DNA of 64,000 nt from positions 5,270,001 to 5,334,000 of the forward strand of contig JBHGNT010000016.1 in assembly GCA_043228905.1 (NCBI GenBank), written 5' to 3'. The translations under genes and the position numbers were made by a program. Below are positions 36,818 through 52,121 of this stretch, piece after piece. How positions within the stretch are numbered: position 1 is the stretch's first letter; every line of letters begins with the position of its first letter. The notes beneath the pieces are model-generated. The model saw nothing but the letters and a program-made list of their open reading frames with translations, was not told the origin of the DNA and made no database searches. The stretch is from Azolla caroliniana. Its lineage: Eukaryota > Plantae > Polypodiophyta.

Positions 36818-39800
36818 ATATGTATGTGTATACATATATTTGTCTGATTTTTCTTTAAAACTCAATAGTCTTTCTTAACATCTTAACATTTGTAACTTGT
36901 TTGTTTGTTTGTTCCATCGAAAGATGACTCTATATGTATGTATGTATATATATTGTCTCGATCCAAAGGCGCGTGCGAGCGTGCATGCATCATCTCGTGT
37001 ATCATATCCTATTTTTGTCCGCCCATTCCTTCCTCGTCCGCCTCCCCCGGACATCCCCGCTCCCCGTGTTTTGCCGGCCTTCCATTCTCGCGCTTTCTCC
37101 CTCCTCCTTCCGCCCCCATCGAAAATATTGTACTTCTCTGGTCGAATTCCGTCGTCCCCCTTCCCGGCCGTCCGTGGCTTCGTAATGCTCCCTTTGATGC
37201 TGCTGACCCAACTGCATTCTCGATTTATTCATTTGAATGTACGTGAAGATTCGCGCTTTGTCCTTTGATGCTTGCTCAACTGCATTCTTGATTTTTTCGT
37301 TAGAATGTACGTGAAGCTTTGTGCTTGTGTTGGGCCTATAGGCTAAAAGTCACTTTCTAGTTCGCTAAATAACCACCTTTGGGTACCCTTACATTCTTCT
37401 CCAACTTTCGCACTTTTAATAAACCCTTGAAATTGTCTGGTCGAAGGCTTGATACAAACTACGCTGTCAAGCATTGGCTTTAGCATATATACGGCTCCAA
37501 AATGTTTGGGCAATCTTATTTTCGTCCAAGGTCATCAAGTTGGACAAAACATGGAACATCACGTGGGTTTTGAGCTCAAGCACAATACCATATTTATTCA
37601 AATTTCAAGTGATCTAGATAGTGCAACCAAATGTTTCCACAAAGAAATAGGTAGACGAGAACCATGCAATAGAAATGTTGGTCTTATCTCTTGCTAAATT
37701 TTTTAAATGAGCATTGACCTAATCTTGTGACACTGAGATTTATGTTGTCTAATATTTCAAGTCCAAATCAATGGGTTCAACCTTGTGTGATAGAAATGCG
37801 ATAGCAAATAAACGAACACCAACATTTCTATCACCACACATTTATAAACTCGAGCTCCAAAATCTCCAATAGCAAGGAGATGGGGATGAATATTGCGTTA
37901 TCCCTCCATCTCACTTTGTGGTGTTAATAACTTCCTCGAGATGCTTGATCATGAAAAGCTTTCAAATAACAACGTTCAAAACCTATGAAGCTATTGCGTG
38001 ACTTTAAAGATATTTCTTTTGGGAAACTCATGTTAGTGATTGATGCCCTCAAATTGGGGACACTAGAATATGTAGTTCTATCATTGGGTTCAATGGAGTC
38101 GAGTTCGTTTGCACAATCGTATCTAACATGGGTCTCACAATGTCAAAATGTGTTGTGGAAATGAAGTATAATAAAACATTTCATGTGTATTTATGAGCAT
38201 TTGTGAATTCTAAAACATTGAATTGATGCAAGCAACATAGATACCTCACAAGAAGTTATGGTTGATCTTTAAGATATTTTTGTTTTAGTATTGCCCAATG
38301 AGCAATGTAATGAACATATTGCTCAACATTGATTTATTTTGTAGGAGTTGTCCCGTTGCCTCATGTTTGTTATTATTGCTTCAAGATTTCACATATAAGC
38401 TTGTTTATATGAAATTATTTAGAAAAATTCTTGGTCTTGCATTTTTCAGACACTCAAATATGCTCTCACAATTTTAATCACCTCGTTTTGCTCCGCATTG
38501 AGTATATGTTTTGCACAATTCTCATATTCATGTTCTATTTCATAGAGATCATATGTTATGATTTTTTGCACATTTTAACCAACAAAATGATCATGAATTA
38601 TGCTTGCCCGTATCCTTGTTATCTAAAGAATTGTAGGAACACTAATGGGCTTTCAACATTCTGCTTTTTATGAACCATGTGAATTCATGCATATTCTATA
38701 ACATTAACTTCTAAAGGACAATGCTATCATTTTCAACTAAACCCTAAAAGAAACGACAATGTCATTTTTACATAACCATTCTTTCAATGCATAGTTGTCA
38801 ATGTTCATGCGCTCGAACTAAACATGTGAAGATTTCTATGATAAAAACCCATTGCTTTGGACTTGAATGTAGGTTTGTTCAATGTTGTTACTACAACACC
38901 TCATGTTTATATATTTAGATTTATAATGTCTCGTGTAAGTTTATGAATGCGTATAGCCAATAACATTTAGGTTATCTAAAGTCTCTCGCATCATGCATAC
39001 TTTCACATTTGTGTTTGAACGACTATGTATTGTTTATTTCCAATTAAGGTATTCTTCATGCACAATCTTTTGACCTAAGACCATTATAGAATATATTTTT
39101 CTAAACTTTTAATGGTGCCTTTTAGTGTAGAAGTAATGAAGGATCTCATAACAAAGATAATTGTGTACTCGGTAGGGAAGGGTCATTGGATAGGATGGAA
39201 TCAAAAGCAAAGTACATTTTATTGGCTTTGGATGGTGGTTGGATGATCATTTAAAGCATAGGAAGCTTACATCTATTGAATAAAATGTAAGATGATCTTA
39301 TTGATGATCGTGAAAGTGCGAGGATTATCTTATTTCTATATTTTCTCCCTTTGCCCTTATGTCATCCATGTTTGTAACTTGTGCTCTACTCTAACATATT
39401 CCCATACATTGTGCTTTGAGACAACCATACATTTCAATCCTAGGTTAGGTTAATTGACACTTAATCTCCTAGCCTTGGCATATATGTCTAGTACAAATGG
39501 TAACTAGGACCATCGGTCTTATGGTGTTCTCTCTATCTTTATATATTTGAGAGCAAATTGTCTACAACACGAATGTTTCAGACATCTAATCAAAACGAGA
39601 GACTGAAGGAGATGTTGCACACTCTTGATGTCTTACCCACTCACAAGTATGTTCTAATTTGTTCTACTTAGATTCTCCACAACTCTCCAAACAATCGCAA
39701 CAACTCTTACTAAGATATTGAATGGGCAATCAAGGACCTCCCTTGAAAGGGACGATGCCTTTGTTGGTGCATTTTCTTGACGTTGTGGTAATACCAATGA

Positions 39801-41747
39801 GTATTCTATCGATGATTGGCAGAGTTTCGGTGCATAACATTGGTCACAAATACAATGAGGAGATTTCATCTCTTTTGAGTAATTTAGGAGTCTTGAATTA
39901 ACCTATGAGGTAATCAACAAAAATTCCATTGGGAAAAATTTTGTTTACCCCATTTTTGTTGAGCCCATTGATTAAGTGTCATCCCTTTGTGGGTTTTTAT
40001 TAGGGAACTCAATCAAAATATAGCCTAAATTACCTAGGTAATAATAATTGTAAAAAGGCAAGCAAGTATGTGTATGAACTTTTTATTTACCAAAGTTTTT
40101 GCACCTAGTATTTACAATAATATGATGAAGTCAATGTAGTGCAATGCAACGGTTTATGGGGAGAATATGTTTGTCTTCAATTTGATCATGATCTAGATAT
40201 GTTGAATTGTTCTTATATTGTTGCACAACTTTGTGTGTTTTAACATGATTTAGAACTGAAAATTTAATGACCTTTTAAAGAGACCCACATCACAATACTA
40301 CTTTTGTTCTTTGCATAGCACATTGTGCACATAGTATATGAGGTTATTCCTTTAAGAGGTAAGCATTTTGACACTTTGGATTAATGACATGCTTTTAAAG
40401 TAGACCCTTTTCTCTCAATGACAAATGCACGACCCATACATGAAATATTCCACAACATGTCCGTGAAATTGATGACACATCCATGGCCCATCTAAGACCA
40501 TCCATAGCAACCATCTATACAACAACCATGAATTACCTTGATCATGTTATTTCCCGAGAGATAATTTACACATCCATGACATACCCATGAACATCTATAA
40601 GGTTTATGATCCATGTTCACAGATAAAGAGTTGTTTGCAAAATGATTCTCATTAATCTAACCAATGTCATGGGATTAATAAAAACAAATCATTGGTATAT
40701 AGTTAACATAAACCCATCTTGTTGCTACATATATATTTATATACCCATCAATAGAATCATTAACATAAACAAAAGTCCCCCCATGAGTATATGTTTGATT
40801 ACACCACATTCCTTTAAAATATTGTGATAACAGTGATGCTTCTGAGTGACATGGCGATTCACTAGATTTGTGTCCAATATGAAGTGAGATACTTGTCCAC
40901 ATCGACACTCAAACATGGACGAACACATTCTTCTTGGAGGAGGATGAAGTGTTTGTGGTAGAAGTGAACACAATCCCATTGAAGGAAATAAGGAAACAAA
41001 TTTGGCAAATGAATTCAAGAGAACCCATGATCCTTAAAGGAAGAAAAACTACCACGCAAAAGTTTTTCAAAGTTTTTTTTTGCTTCTAAATGTAGGCTAA
41101 TCTCTATTAATACATACATGATTTATTTCAATGTTGTTAGTATGCTAAGTTTTTTTATTACATTTGATTCATTTTTTTAAACAAATATAGGCAACTCATA
41201 TCTCATGGATGAGTCATCCACACATCATGTATGGAACATGCATGGGTGTTATGGATTGTCATTTATTGGGCCATGATCCATGTTTTTTGAATGGTCATAC
41301 AAAGAACGAAAAGGGGACCTTTAAAAGAAGCTCCCTTTCATACACAAAAGAGCGATGGAATTAAGAAGCTCATTTGTCACGTGCTCGCGAAAACAGATTC
41401 CATGCTTATAGCCACTTCACATTTCGATAGATAAATAGCTAATGTACACACATATCTCCAAGCCCTCCTATATAACTCTTTACTTCTTCTTTTTTACTGG
41501 GGCAACTTACCTAGGGCATCGTCTAATCGCGCAACACTTTCATAATATTTCCTCCTCTATCTTTATAGGAAAAAAGCAAACGAATGAAGAAGATCAGGGC
41601 AGAGCTCTTCCAGTTGTGTGTAGACTAGAGATTTTACTGTGTGTGTGTGTGTGGAAAAGCGGAAGTCTTCTGGGGTTAAGAAAGGGGTCTGAAAGGCAGG
41701 CAGAGGAGCCTTCTCTGCTCACATAGGAGATGTATGTATGTATGTGT

Positions 41748-41778
<31 letters not shown>

Positions 41779-42030
41779 AAAAAAGAGGGGTGTGTGTGTG
41801 TGTGTGTGTGTGTGTCTGCCTTCTCATGAAGGTGAAGGGGCATCCGCTTTGAAATTTATTGAAAAGTGAGGAAAAAGGGTATTTTGGGAATTTCCTATTT
41901 CTCCTCCAAAACACCAATCTCTCTTTCTCTCTCTCTGTTTCTGATACAATCATAGATCACACAGAACAGAACAGTACAGTGAGCAGCAGGAGCAGGGCAG
42001 GGGGGTTCCTACAGAAAGCCTCCTCTTCTA

Positions 42031-42075
<45 letters not shown>

Positions 42076-42094
42076 CAGAAGCAAGCAAGGAAGG

Positions 42095-42127
42095 CTAGGG
42101 TTTAGCAGAGAAGCAAGGCTAGGGTTT
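42095..42127. promoter_or_regulatory. Two telo-box-like motifs in the PDH E1-alpha 5' UTR
   Basis: CTAGGGTTT at 42095-42103 and 42119-42127. Confidence 0.5.
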
Positions 42128-42206
42128 TGCAGAGAAGAAAGGAAGGGAAGAACAAGGAAGTTGCCTCTCCCCGTGTGCGCAGAGGTACTGAAAGGGAGCC
42201 TTCTCC

Positions 42207-44877
42207 ATGGCGCCTCAGATGAGTAACCTTCGTCATCTCCTCCGGTCCACGTACCCTTGTCTCGCATCTTCGTCGACTTCTTTCTCTTCCTATCAAGCTT
42301 TGTCTTCCATATCTGCCAGATCCTTTTCGTCTTCTTCCTCGTCTGAGGAGGATACCACTCCTTTCACTGTGGAAATTGCAGTGCCATTCAAAGGCCACAA
42401 CATCGAACCACCATCTCAGACCTCTGAGACTTCACCCAAGGAGGTTCTCGGATTCTTCAGAGACATGTCTCGGATGCGAAGGATGGAGATCGCAGCAGAT
42501 CAGCTATACAAATCGAAGCTCATCAGAGGTTTCTGCCATCTCTACGATGGCCAAGAAGCCATCTGCATAGGTATGGAGGCTGCCCTAACTCGCCAGGACA
42601 ACATCATCACCGCTTACAGAGACCATTGCACGTACCTTGGGCGTGGAGGAACACTGAAGGAAGTGTTTGCAGAGCTGATGGGTAGAAAAGATGGGTGTAC
42701 ACTAGGGAAGGGAGGATCTATGCATTTTTATAAGAAAGAGAACGGTTTCTATGGTGGACATGGAATTGTTGGAGCTCAGATACCCCTTGGTGTCGGTTTG
42801 TCATTCGCACAGAAGTATGACAAGGTAAGAGCAGCCACGTTTGCTCTCTATGGTGATGGTGCAGCCAACCAAGGACAACTGTTTGAATCCCTCAACATTG
42901 CAGCCCTCTGGGATCTCCCTGCGGTCTACATTTGCGAGAATAACCATTGTGAGGGATTCTTTTTCTTCTGCTTTGCTTTGATTTACTTAAATTTTTTTTT
43001 GATGAAGAAGGATAGATAGATAGCATGGGTATATTTATGACTTTGGTGTCTGGTGTAAACTGCCTTTCTGCTTGCTGAGAGAGAGAGAGATGTATAGGAT
43101 GGAACTCAAACATGATTTTTCTCTCGAGTTATGAATTTGATGCGACAATGTAAACTGCCAATGTGAGATAGAGATTAACGTCCATGGGATTGGACTTGGG
43201 TTCCCTCAATTTTATGAATTGAATGGTACAGTGTAAGCCACAAAGATAACAGCCAGAGAGAGAAAGAGAGACTACTAATGTCCATGGGAAACTGAATACA
43301 ACGTATGGGATGGGGTTAGGCCCATGGCGAGGAGCAAACTTGAGTTTCCTGGATCGGATGACTGAATTTGATGCTTGGCATGGGGCCAAACCTGTTGTGA
43401 GGATCAAACTTGGGTTTCCATGGTAAAATATAAAGCACAAAGACAACAGAGAGATTATTAATGTGTGTGTGTACTTGGGTAAGAGACTCTCGTTGTAACA
43501 GAGCGTAACAGAGCGTAAATGTTTGTAGGCCTTATCTTTATTGAACCATGATTTAGGTTAATTCACATTTTATTTTGCCTATATATTTATTCTGGAATTT
43601 AATTGAACCATGGTGTGGTTTGGATACCATTAGATGGTATGGGAACTGCAGAATGGAGAGCAGCCAAAAGTCCAGAATATTACAAGCGTGGTGACTACGT
43701 CCCTGGTTTGAAGGTATATAATAATGGGAGTGGTCTGTTAGCATTTGGAATAGAGCATAAAGTAGCTTTACATCATGTGGTCTCAGGTCGATGGCATGGA
43801 TGCATTTGCTGTGAAAGAAGCTATAAAGTTTGCCAAGGAATATGCTCTTTCGAAAGGGCCGATCGTAAGTTAAAATTCCCAATTTCAATATTCGCAAGAC
43901 AGTTTATGAACAAAATGATGGATAATTATATATTATTGGAAGTAGAAGATTCTTTGGTAACTAGTGGGCAATCTTATGTTCAAGTTCCATCACTTTTCTT
44001 AAGCTACATGATCATCTAGGCGTAAAGGGAAGGAGAATCTTATACACATTGTGGCATGCATATAAGGTGAAATCACATATTTATCCTAGGAATTTGATAT
44101 ATGAAGTGTTTTTTGTATGAAATTGACAGATGCTCGAGATGGATACATATAGGTATCATGGTCACTCTATGTCAGACCCTGGAAGTACTTACCGAACCAG
44201 GGATGAGATTTCGGGTGTCCGACAGGTTAGCTTGTGGTTATAATAAACAATGTTTTATTGTTCATTTCAGAATGAAAGCAAATTTTTGCCATGTTTGAAC
44301 TACAGGAGCGTGATCCTATTGAGAGGATTAGGAAACTTATCCTTGGAAAAGAGATTGCCACGGTCGCCGAGTTGAAGGTACAGTGTTTATTATTGGTATT
44401 AATTATTAAATTATATTTTCCAAGATGCTGATTTCCATTAAGATTGCTTTTACTATTCTAAGTAATTTGTTACCTTCCACTGCAGAACATCGAAAAGGAG
44501 GTGAAAAAAGAGGTCGAGGATGCAGTGGCCGAAGCAAAGGTAATTTAAAGAATTCAAAATTTTACGTATTTGAGAGGACAACTTATCATTTATTACTTAC
44601 GCCCAATATGGATTTGATCGGATGATGTTGATCTCTCTCCAAATGAAATGTTGTTGTAGGAGAGTCCTCAACCTGATCCTTCGGAGCTCTTTGCAAATGT
44701 GTATGGGAAAGGTTATGGCACTGAGGTAAGAGTATTGCCGTATCACTAAATCCCATGATATCGATGATTTTTTAATTTTTTTCTAATTATGATAGAAGAA
44801 ATTCCTAACTATTCATGTATCCTTGGGTGCAGGTTTTTGGTTGTGATAGCAAGACTTCCTATGCTGTTATACAATAA
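42207..44877 (+). CDS. PDHA: Pyruvate dehydrogenase E1 alpha subunit, mitochondrial
   Basis: Inferred exons 42207-42948, 43634-43713, 43787-43864, 44130-44225, 44306-44377, 44486-44539, 44660-44725, 44833-44877, all GT-AG. Motifs [22 protein letters not shown]...ENNH|[22 protein letters not shown]; Ser/Arg presequence. Confidence 0.96.
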
Positions 44878-47800
44878 AAACAACAGTTGATAAAGATGGT
44901 TGTTTTTATGTGATGTCAATTGAACTTACATGAATGATGTGCAGGATTGCACACGCGAATTAGATGGTGAATAACATGATAAAGATTTTGCACACACTCT
45001 TGGTGTATAGTAAATTTTCATCCTTTTGTCTCTTAATACAGGCTAATAAGTGTGAGGATGCTCACTGTCATTTTTCAAGAATGAAATAAAATCTTCCCAA
45101 GTATTATATGTTGATGTATGATTATGATTTGTGGGTTATCCCATCTTCGTCAGAATTGATAATAAAAATGATCTCCTTGACTTCATAGTCATGATAGGTG
45201 TTCATCTTGCGCTTCTTTGAAAATAGAAATTTTCTAGAAACAAAGTCCTCCTGCTAAATATGAACGAACATTTATTTGATGTTACCATTGCTTTCCATAT
45301 ATTACTTTATAGTTTTATATGGTAAAACATAATATCTACTGATCCATATTATAATCACCTGATTCTATTTATTTTCTTCTTTAGAGAATGAAGCAACATC
45401 ACTAAATGGTATGCATGTAGAATTCCATTGTTTTGTTGTCTTGGAGGTCAGGGGTAAACCATTGTTTGTGTGGAAGGAACTTTGAAACATATTAGATGAA
45501 GATTCTCGTGCCTTGTAGTAGTTATGTCTAGAAGTTCGCATTCTAGTTTCAATCGCAATCTACTCTTAGTCTAGATCTCAAATCCTATTTCGAATGCGAA
45601 CTTCTCTTTTTATATCTTTGAAACATATTAGATGAAGATTCTCGTGCCTTGTAGTAGTTATGTTATCCATCATTCTATGCTAAAACGACCCATGTATATG
45701 AAACTAACACAACATGCTAGAACTATATTGTTGGGGTAACTTCTGTCTTTACAAATTTCGATTTAAATTCAAATACTTCTTACTGTGGAATACGGAATAC
45801 TATCTTAGATCTTCTTGGTGTTTTCCTTCTAGAAATTACCCCAGTAAGTTTTTTTTTTCTTGCCAACATATCTTAATATTAATATTGGTCTAGGTTCCTT
45901 GATTGGTAATGGAATCTAATGAGCAATGAATACTTTTTTAACTTGCCCAAAAGGGGAGTGTTCATAACATCGAGAGATTAGAATCATTGATCTAGCATCA
46001 CATATATTATGGGCTCGTGAACAATCTCCTTTTAAATCACAATTTGTAAGAATTATATGTGTGCACATGCATATATTCCATTATCGAATTTATGGACATT
46101 GGGTTGTGAATTTGCTACTTGTAGTTCATAGAGTTTGAGGTAGGATTTTCTTTGAGATGCATGTAGAAAATTTTCATATAAACTAATTAATATATTGTCA
46201 TGTTTTTAGTGTTCCGATGAGTGAAAGTGCCAAAATACAACTAACTCATGTTATGTTGTTGTGCATCCAACAAAACACGAATATGTTGCCATATGTTTTA
46301 GTGTTTTTTGGGCATTTACTTCTAGAGACAAGTATTCTAATTGGTTTTGGACAGGGGATTATTCTTGATAAGTATCCAAAAATATAGAAATTCTACTTCA
46401 ACAAATATGTTTTCTAATTTTTGTGTGGAACTCCTACTAACTCAATGATTTAATTCAACTCAAAACTTGCAAAATGAATAACTAGGGAAAAAAGCAATGT
46501 AAGGAGGGATAAAAATGCAAGTGGTTTTTGGTAAGGCAAAATGCAAGAGACATTTACTGTTTAACAGCGATCCTTTTCTTTATGGTATAACATGACCAAT
46601 TGTAGTTTCACATATTCTAAGAGTATATACATATTCACACTTGGATAAAGAAAGATGAGACAGTAATCTCTTGCGCATTTCCTAAATATAGGATGAGACG
46701 CACGTAATCATTCTCGGGGGGTCAATTTCATACTTCATGAATTACTTGCTAAGAGGAAAATACATGTTATCTATGAAAGCTCTTTTCTATTATTACGATG
46801 TACCATCATTGGTCTCTCTTGAATTGATATAAGATGATATTGTTTGTCCATATTAATGTAAGGTAAGATTGTATCCATGATGAGGTGACTAATTTTGGGT
46901 CTATGGAAAAATTTCCATACCTTATTCATAATTTCTAAATTATACCTCCAAAAACACGAGCTTATTCTGAAAAATGTATAAGCATTTAATTATTCTAATA
47001 TGCCCTTGTTTGTCCCTTTCACGTTAATGCATGTACTCGTATTTGTGTGAGGTTAGACCATAAGACTACATATATGGTTCTTTCCTTCCGTACTATAATA
47101 ATTCACTTGAACTCGCTTCATTACAAAAATGCAATACTATCATACAAACAAATCAATACTCTCTAAGCTCTTTATTATTTTATTCAACATAGTTAACACT
47201 TGCATAACTTAATTAAATTGTTCAACATAGTTAATGAATTCCATTGAGGATATTGTTTTTTGTTTTTTCTATGAGTTCAAAAGTTGGTTATATAGAAAAT
47301 AAAGTATCACATTGCATTTTTTATGTGAATGGAGACAAAACTAGTTCAAACATAAAAGCTCTAGATGGTGTAGTTGGTTATCATGCTAGTCTTACACAAT
47401 TGAGGTCTTCAGTTTGCGTCTGGGTTTGGACAAGTAAAGATGCTACTTACAACGATGAGAGTGTTTTGCTCTTTTCTGAAATGACAACTTGAATTTCAGT
47501 GTAGTCTTTTATTGAATGTATTGTTGATCGAATGGTGTAGTTGGTTATCACACTAGTCTAACACACTAGAGGTCTCCGGTGCAAGTCCAGGTTTGGACAA
47601 GCAAAGATGCTACTTACAACAAGGAGAGTGTTTTGAACTATCGTTTTCCGAATTGACATCTTGAGTAGACCCAAGCGTAATCACTTTAATTAAAATTCAT
47701 CTCAGCAAATATTCAAATTGTGTCCAGATGGTGTGGTTGGTTATCATGCTCGTGTCACAGGAGTCTCACACACTAAAGGTATCCAATTCGAATCCTAGGT

Positions 47801-48164
47801 TGGACAAGTAAAGATGTTATTCACACCAAGGAGAGTGTTTTGCTCTTTTCTGAAATGACATCTTGAATTTCTACTAAGAAAAGTATATTGTTGAATAGAT
47901 CCAAGCTACTTACCAAATGCAATCACATTACTGATCATATGTGTAGATGGTGTAGTTGGTTATCAGGCTAGTCTAACACACTAGAGGTATCCAATTCGAA
48001 TTTGGGTTTGGACAAGTAAAGATGCTACTCAGAACAAGGAGAGTGTTTTGCTCTTTACCGAAATGACATCTTGAATTTCTACTAAGAAAAGTCTTTTATT
48101 GAATAGATCCAAGCTGCTTACTAAATGCAGTCACTTTGCTGATACAATAAAGCATTATTGAAAT

Positions 48165-48238
48165 GTCTAGATTGCGTAGTTGGTTATCACGCTAGTCTAA
48201 CATGCTAGAGGTCTCCGGTTCATGTCCGGGTCTAGACA
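48165..48238 (+). tRNA. tRNA-Val(AAC)-like copy, probably pseudogene
   Basis: Acceptor GTCTAGA/TCTAGAC, anticodon arm CTAGT-CTAACAT-GCTAG, T arm TCCGG-TTCATGT-CCGGG (altered T loop). Confidence 0.55.
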
Positions 48239-49728
48239 AGTCAAGATGCTACCTACAATGAGGAAAGTGTTTTGAACCATTTTTTTCCTAATTGACATCT
48301 TGAAAGAAGAAAAGTCTTTAATATTGAATAGATCCTAACTGCTTAGCAAATAATCATTTTAGCAATACAACAATGTATTACCGAAATCTCCAAATGGTGT
48401 AGTTAGTTGTCGCACTAGTCTAACACACTAGAGGTCTTTGGTTCAAGTTCGGGTTTCGACAAGAAAATATGTTAATTAGGATGAGCAAAATGATCAGTAT
48501 CGTTCCTTGGTGCCCATGTTGTAGAAACATCCAAATCGCTTTGGTCTAATTAGCAAATTCATCATCGTAGATGTCCATGAAATTGATTTTCACAAAGGGT
48601 CCAGGTGTTGTTGTTGGTTATCCATTAGTGCTATCTTGTTCTTCTATCTAAAAAGAACATAGTCACAAAGACTTCATGAAGCCAAATGCCACTACCACTT
48701 GTCAAACTTACAAACACGTGGTGCCCATGTAGTAGAAATTCCAAGTTCAGGTTTGGATAAGAAAATATGCTAATTAGAATGAGTAGGATGATTGGCACCG
48801 TTCATTTTTTTGTAAATAATAGTCATTTATTCAATCAAACTATGCGCAACTCATGCATGTATCGTAAGTAAAGAAGAAAGAAGTCTTCATTTCTTGTGTC
48901 CATTAAAGCTATCTTTTTCTATTTAAAAAGAACGTAGTCACAAAGATTACCAAATTCATGTCAGTAGATGTCCATGAAATTAAATTTCACAAATGGATCC
49001 AGATGGCGTACTTGCTTATCATGCTAGTCTCACACACTAGAGGTCTCTAATTCGAGTCCGAGTTTGGAGAAAGAAATATGCTACACGCTAGTCTAACACA
49101 CTAGAGGTCTTCGGTTTGAGTCCGGGTTTGGACAAGTAAAGATGTTACTTACAACGATGAGAGTGTTTTGAACTATTCTTTTTCGAATTGACATCTTCAA
49201 TTTCTGCCAAAAATGTCTTTTATGTGATCCAAACTACTTACCAAATGTAATCATTTAGTGAAAAAAGAAAATATATATTTGAAATGTCTAGATGGGGTAG
49301 TTGGTTATCATGTCTAACACACTAGAGGTCTCAAGTTCAAATCTAGGTTTGAACAAGAAAAGATGGTATTTACAATGAGCATTATATTAATTAAACAATA
49401 GTCATATATTCAATGAAACTATGTGTAAGCAAAGAAGAAAGGTGTAGTTGGTTATCATGTCTAACACACTAGAGGTCTCAGGTTCAAACTTGGGTTTGGA
49501 CAAGAAAATATGCTAATTACAATGAGCAAAATTATATTAATTAAATAACAGTCATATATTCAATCAAACTATGTGTGACTCAACTCATGCATGTATCTTA
49601 AGCAAAGAAGAAAGAAGTCTTCATTTCTTCCATCCATTAAAGCTGTTTTTTTATATCTAAAATGACGTAGTCACAAAGAATAGCAAATTCGTCTTAGTAG
49701 AAGTTCATAAAATTGACCTAACAAATGG

Positions 49729-49802
49729 CTCTAGATGGAGTAGTTGGTTATCACACTAGTCTCACACACTAGAGGTCTCCAGTTGGAGTCTGGGTTTGGA
49801 CA
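49729..49802 (+). tRNA. tRNA-Val(CAC)-like copy, probably pseudogene
   Basis: Anticodon arm CTAGT-CTCACAC-ACTAG intact; T loop TTGGAGT damaged; position 1 mismatch. Confidence 0.55.
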
Positions 49803-52121
49803 AGTAAAGATGCTACTTATAACAAGGAGAGTTTTTTGAGCTATTATTTTCCGAATTGACATCTTGAATTTTTGCTAAGAAAAAGTCCTTTATTGATTAG
49901 ATCCAAGCTACTTACAAAATACAATCACTTTGGTAATGCAACAATATATTCTCGAAATGTCCAGATGGTGTAGTTGGTTATCACGCTAGTCCAAACACAC
50001 TAGAGGTCTCCACTACAAGTCTTGGTTTGGATAAAAAAGATGCTAATTAGAGTGAGGACAATGATACTTTTGTAAATAATAGCTATTATTCAATCAAATT
50101 ATGTGTAACTCAACTCATGCATGTATCGTAACGAAAGCAAAAAGAAGTCTTCATTTCATGCCTCCATTAAACCTACCTTTTTCTATATAAAAAGAATATA
50201 GTCACACGATTAGTACATGCCTATAAAATTTATTTTCACAAATGGGTCCACATGGTGTAGTTGGTTATCATGCTAGTCTCACACGTTGGAGGTCTTTGGT
50301 TTGAGTCCCTTGTTTGGACAAGTAAATATGTTACTTACAATGCAAAGAATGTTTTAAACTATTTTTTTCTGAATTATCACCATGGTCTCACACACCAGAG
50401 GTCCATGGTACGATTATGGATTTGGACAAGTAAAAATGCTAATTACAACCAAATGAAATGTAGTTGGTTATCACATTAGTCTCACACACTAGAGGTCTCC
50501 AGTTCGAGCTTGGGTTTGGACAAGTAAAGTTGCTACTTACAACTGGGAGAGTGTTGTTTTAAACTATTCTTTTCCGAATTGACGTCTTGAATTTCAGCTA
50601 AGAAAAGTCTTTTATTGAATATGTCCAAGCTACTTACCAAATGCAATCACTTTGGCAATATTGCTAGAAGTATTATGGGCAACAACATTGCAAAACTTGA
50701 TTCTTTGGGAAAAGGTAAATCGCGAAAAGGAGAGGTTTCATTGTTAATATCAACTACCTAACCAAGGAGAGTTAACAAAACTACTTGATTAATGAAATTT
50801 CTTGAAGAATCCTTTTTATTTATGACACTATTTGGTGTTTTTTAAATAGTCTCCTCACAATTTTTTTTATGTTTGATAGGATTCAAAAATTTATTTGGAT
50901 AGTACCACCACGAAAAATGCAGTCAACGGTTAGAAAGTAAATACGAAACATGTAAGATGTTGTGAAACCGGCTGTGATAGCTACCACATTAGAATCTATT
51001 GGATTTTTTTTGTTCAGATTCGCTTTTTGGGAGTAAACTGATTGGGAACCAAATTACACAATCATGGATGGCTAGCCTAGCAATAAGCTAAACCACAAGA
51101 TAATTTCTAAAAAAGATGTGAATTTAGATTCATTCACAAATTTAAAAATGAAAGAATATGTGTAATATATCAAGTTGATGTATCATTTTTTTAAATAAAG
51201 ACGAATGTATTATTGAAATGTTCAGATGGTGTAGTTGGTTATCAAGCTAGAGATCTCCGGTTCAAGTATGGGTTTGGACAACAAAAAATGCTAATTAGCA
51301 TGAGTAGAAATTAGAATGATTGACACCAATTTTGTAAACTATGTGCAACTCATGCATGTATCTTCTTCATAAGCAAAGAAGAAAGAAGTCTTCATTTCTA
51401 GCCTCCATTAGTGCTATCTTTTTCAAAATAAAAAGAATGTAGCCACAAAGACTCCATGGAGCTAAATGCCACCACCACTTGTCAAACTTACAAACTCTTG
51501 TTTCCCATGTAGTAGAAACATTCCAATCAAGTCCTCATTTTTTGCCTCCTAATAGCACAATCTTTTTCTATCTAAAAAGAATGCATTCACAAACACCTCG
51601 TGGAGCTAAATGGCACTACAACTTGTCAACCTTACAAACTTGTATTGCGCATGTAGTAGAATCATTCCAATCCCTTTCTTCTAATTAGTAAATTCACCTT
51701 AGTACCCTCAAATGGGTCTAGATGGTGTAGTTGGTTATCGTGCTAGTCTCACACACTAGAGGTCATTGGTAGTCCGGGTTTGGACAAGTAAACATGGTAA
51801 TTAAAACGAGGTGACTGTTTTGAACTATTCTTTTCCAAATCGACATCTTGAATTTCTTCTAAGAGAAGTCTTTTATTGAATAGATCCAAGCTACTTACAA
51901 AGTCTGATCAATGTACCAACTTATTCTTGAAAGGTCCAGGTGGTGTAGTTGGTTATTATGCTACTCTAACACACTAGAAATCTTCGGTTCGAATCCAAAT
52001 TTGGACAATTAAAGATGCTACTTACAACATTTTGAATTTTTTATAAGAAAAGTCTTTTATTGAATAGATCCAAGCTACTTACTAAATCCAATCAATATAC
52101 ATACTAATGTATTCTTGAAAG

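Noticed and set aside
37400-41000. Short ORFs between AKR and PDH, including DCPFNILV (FAR1/MULE-like)
   Set aside because: A single weak motif in fragmented frames; insufficient to call.
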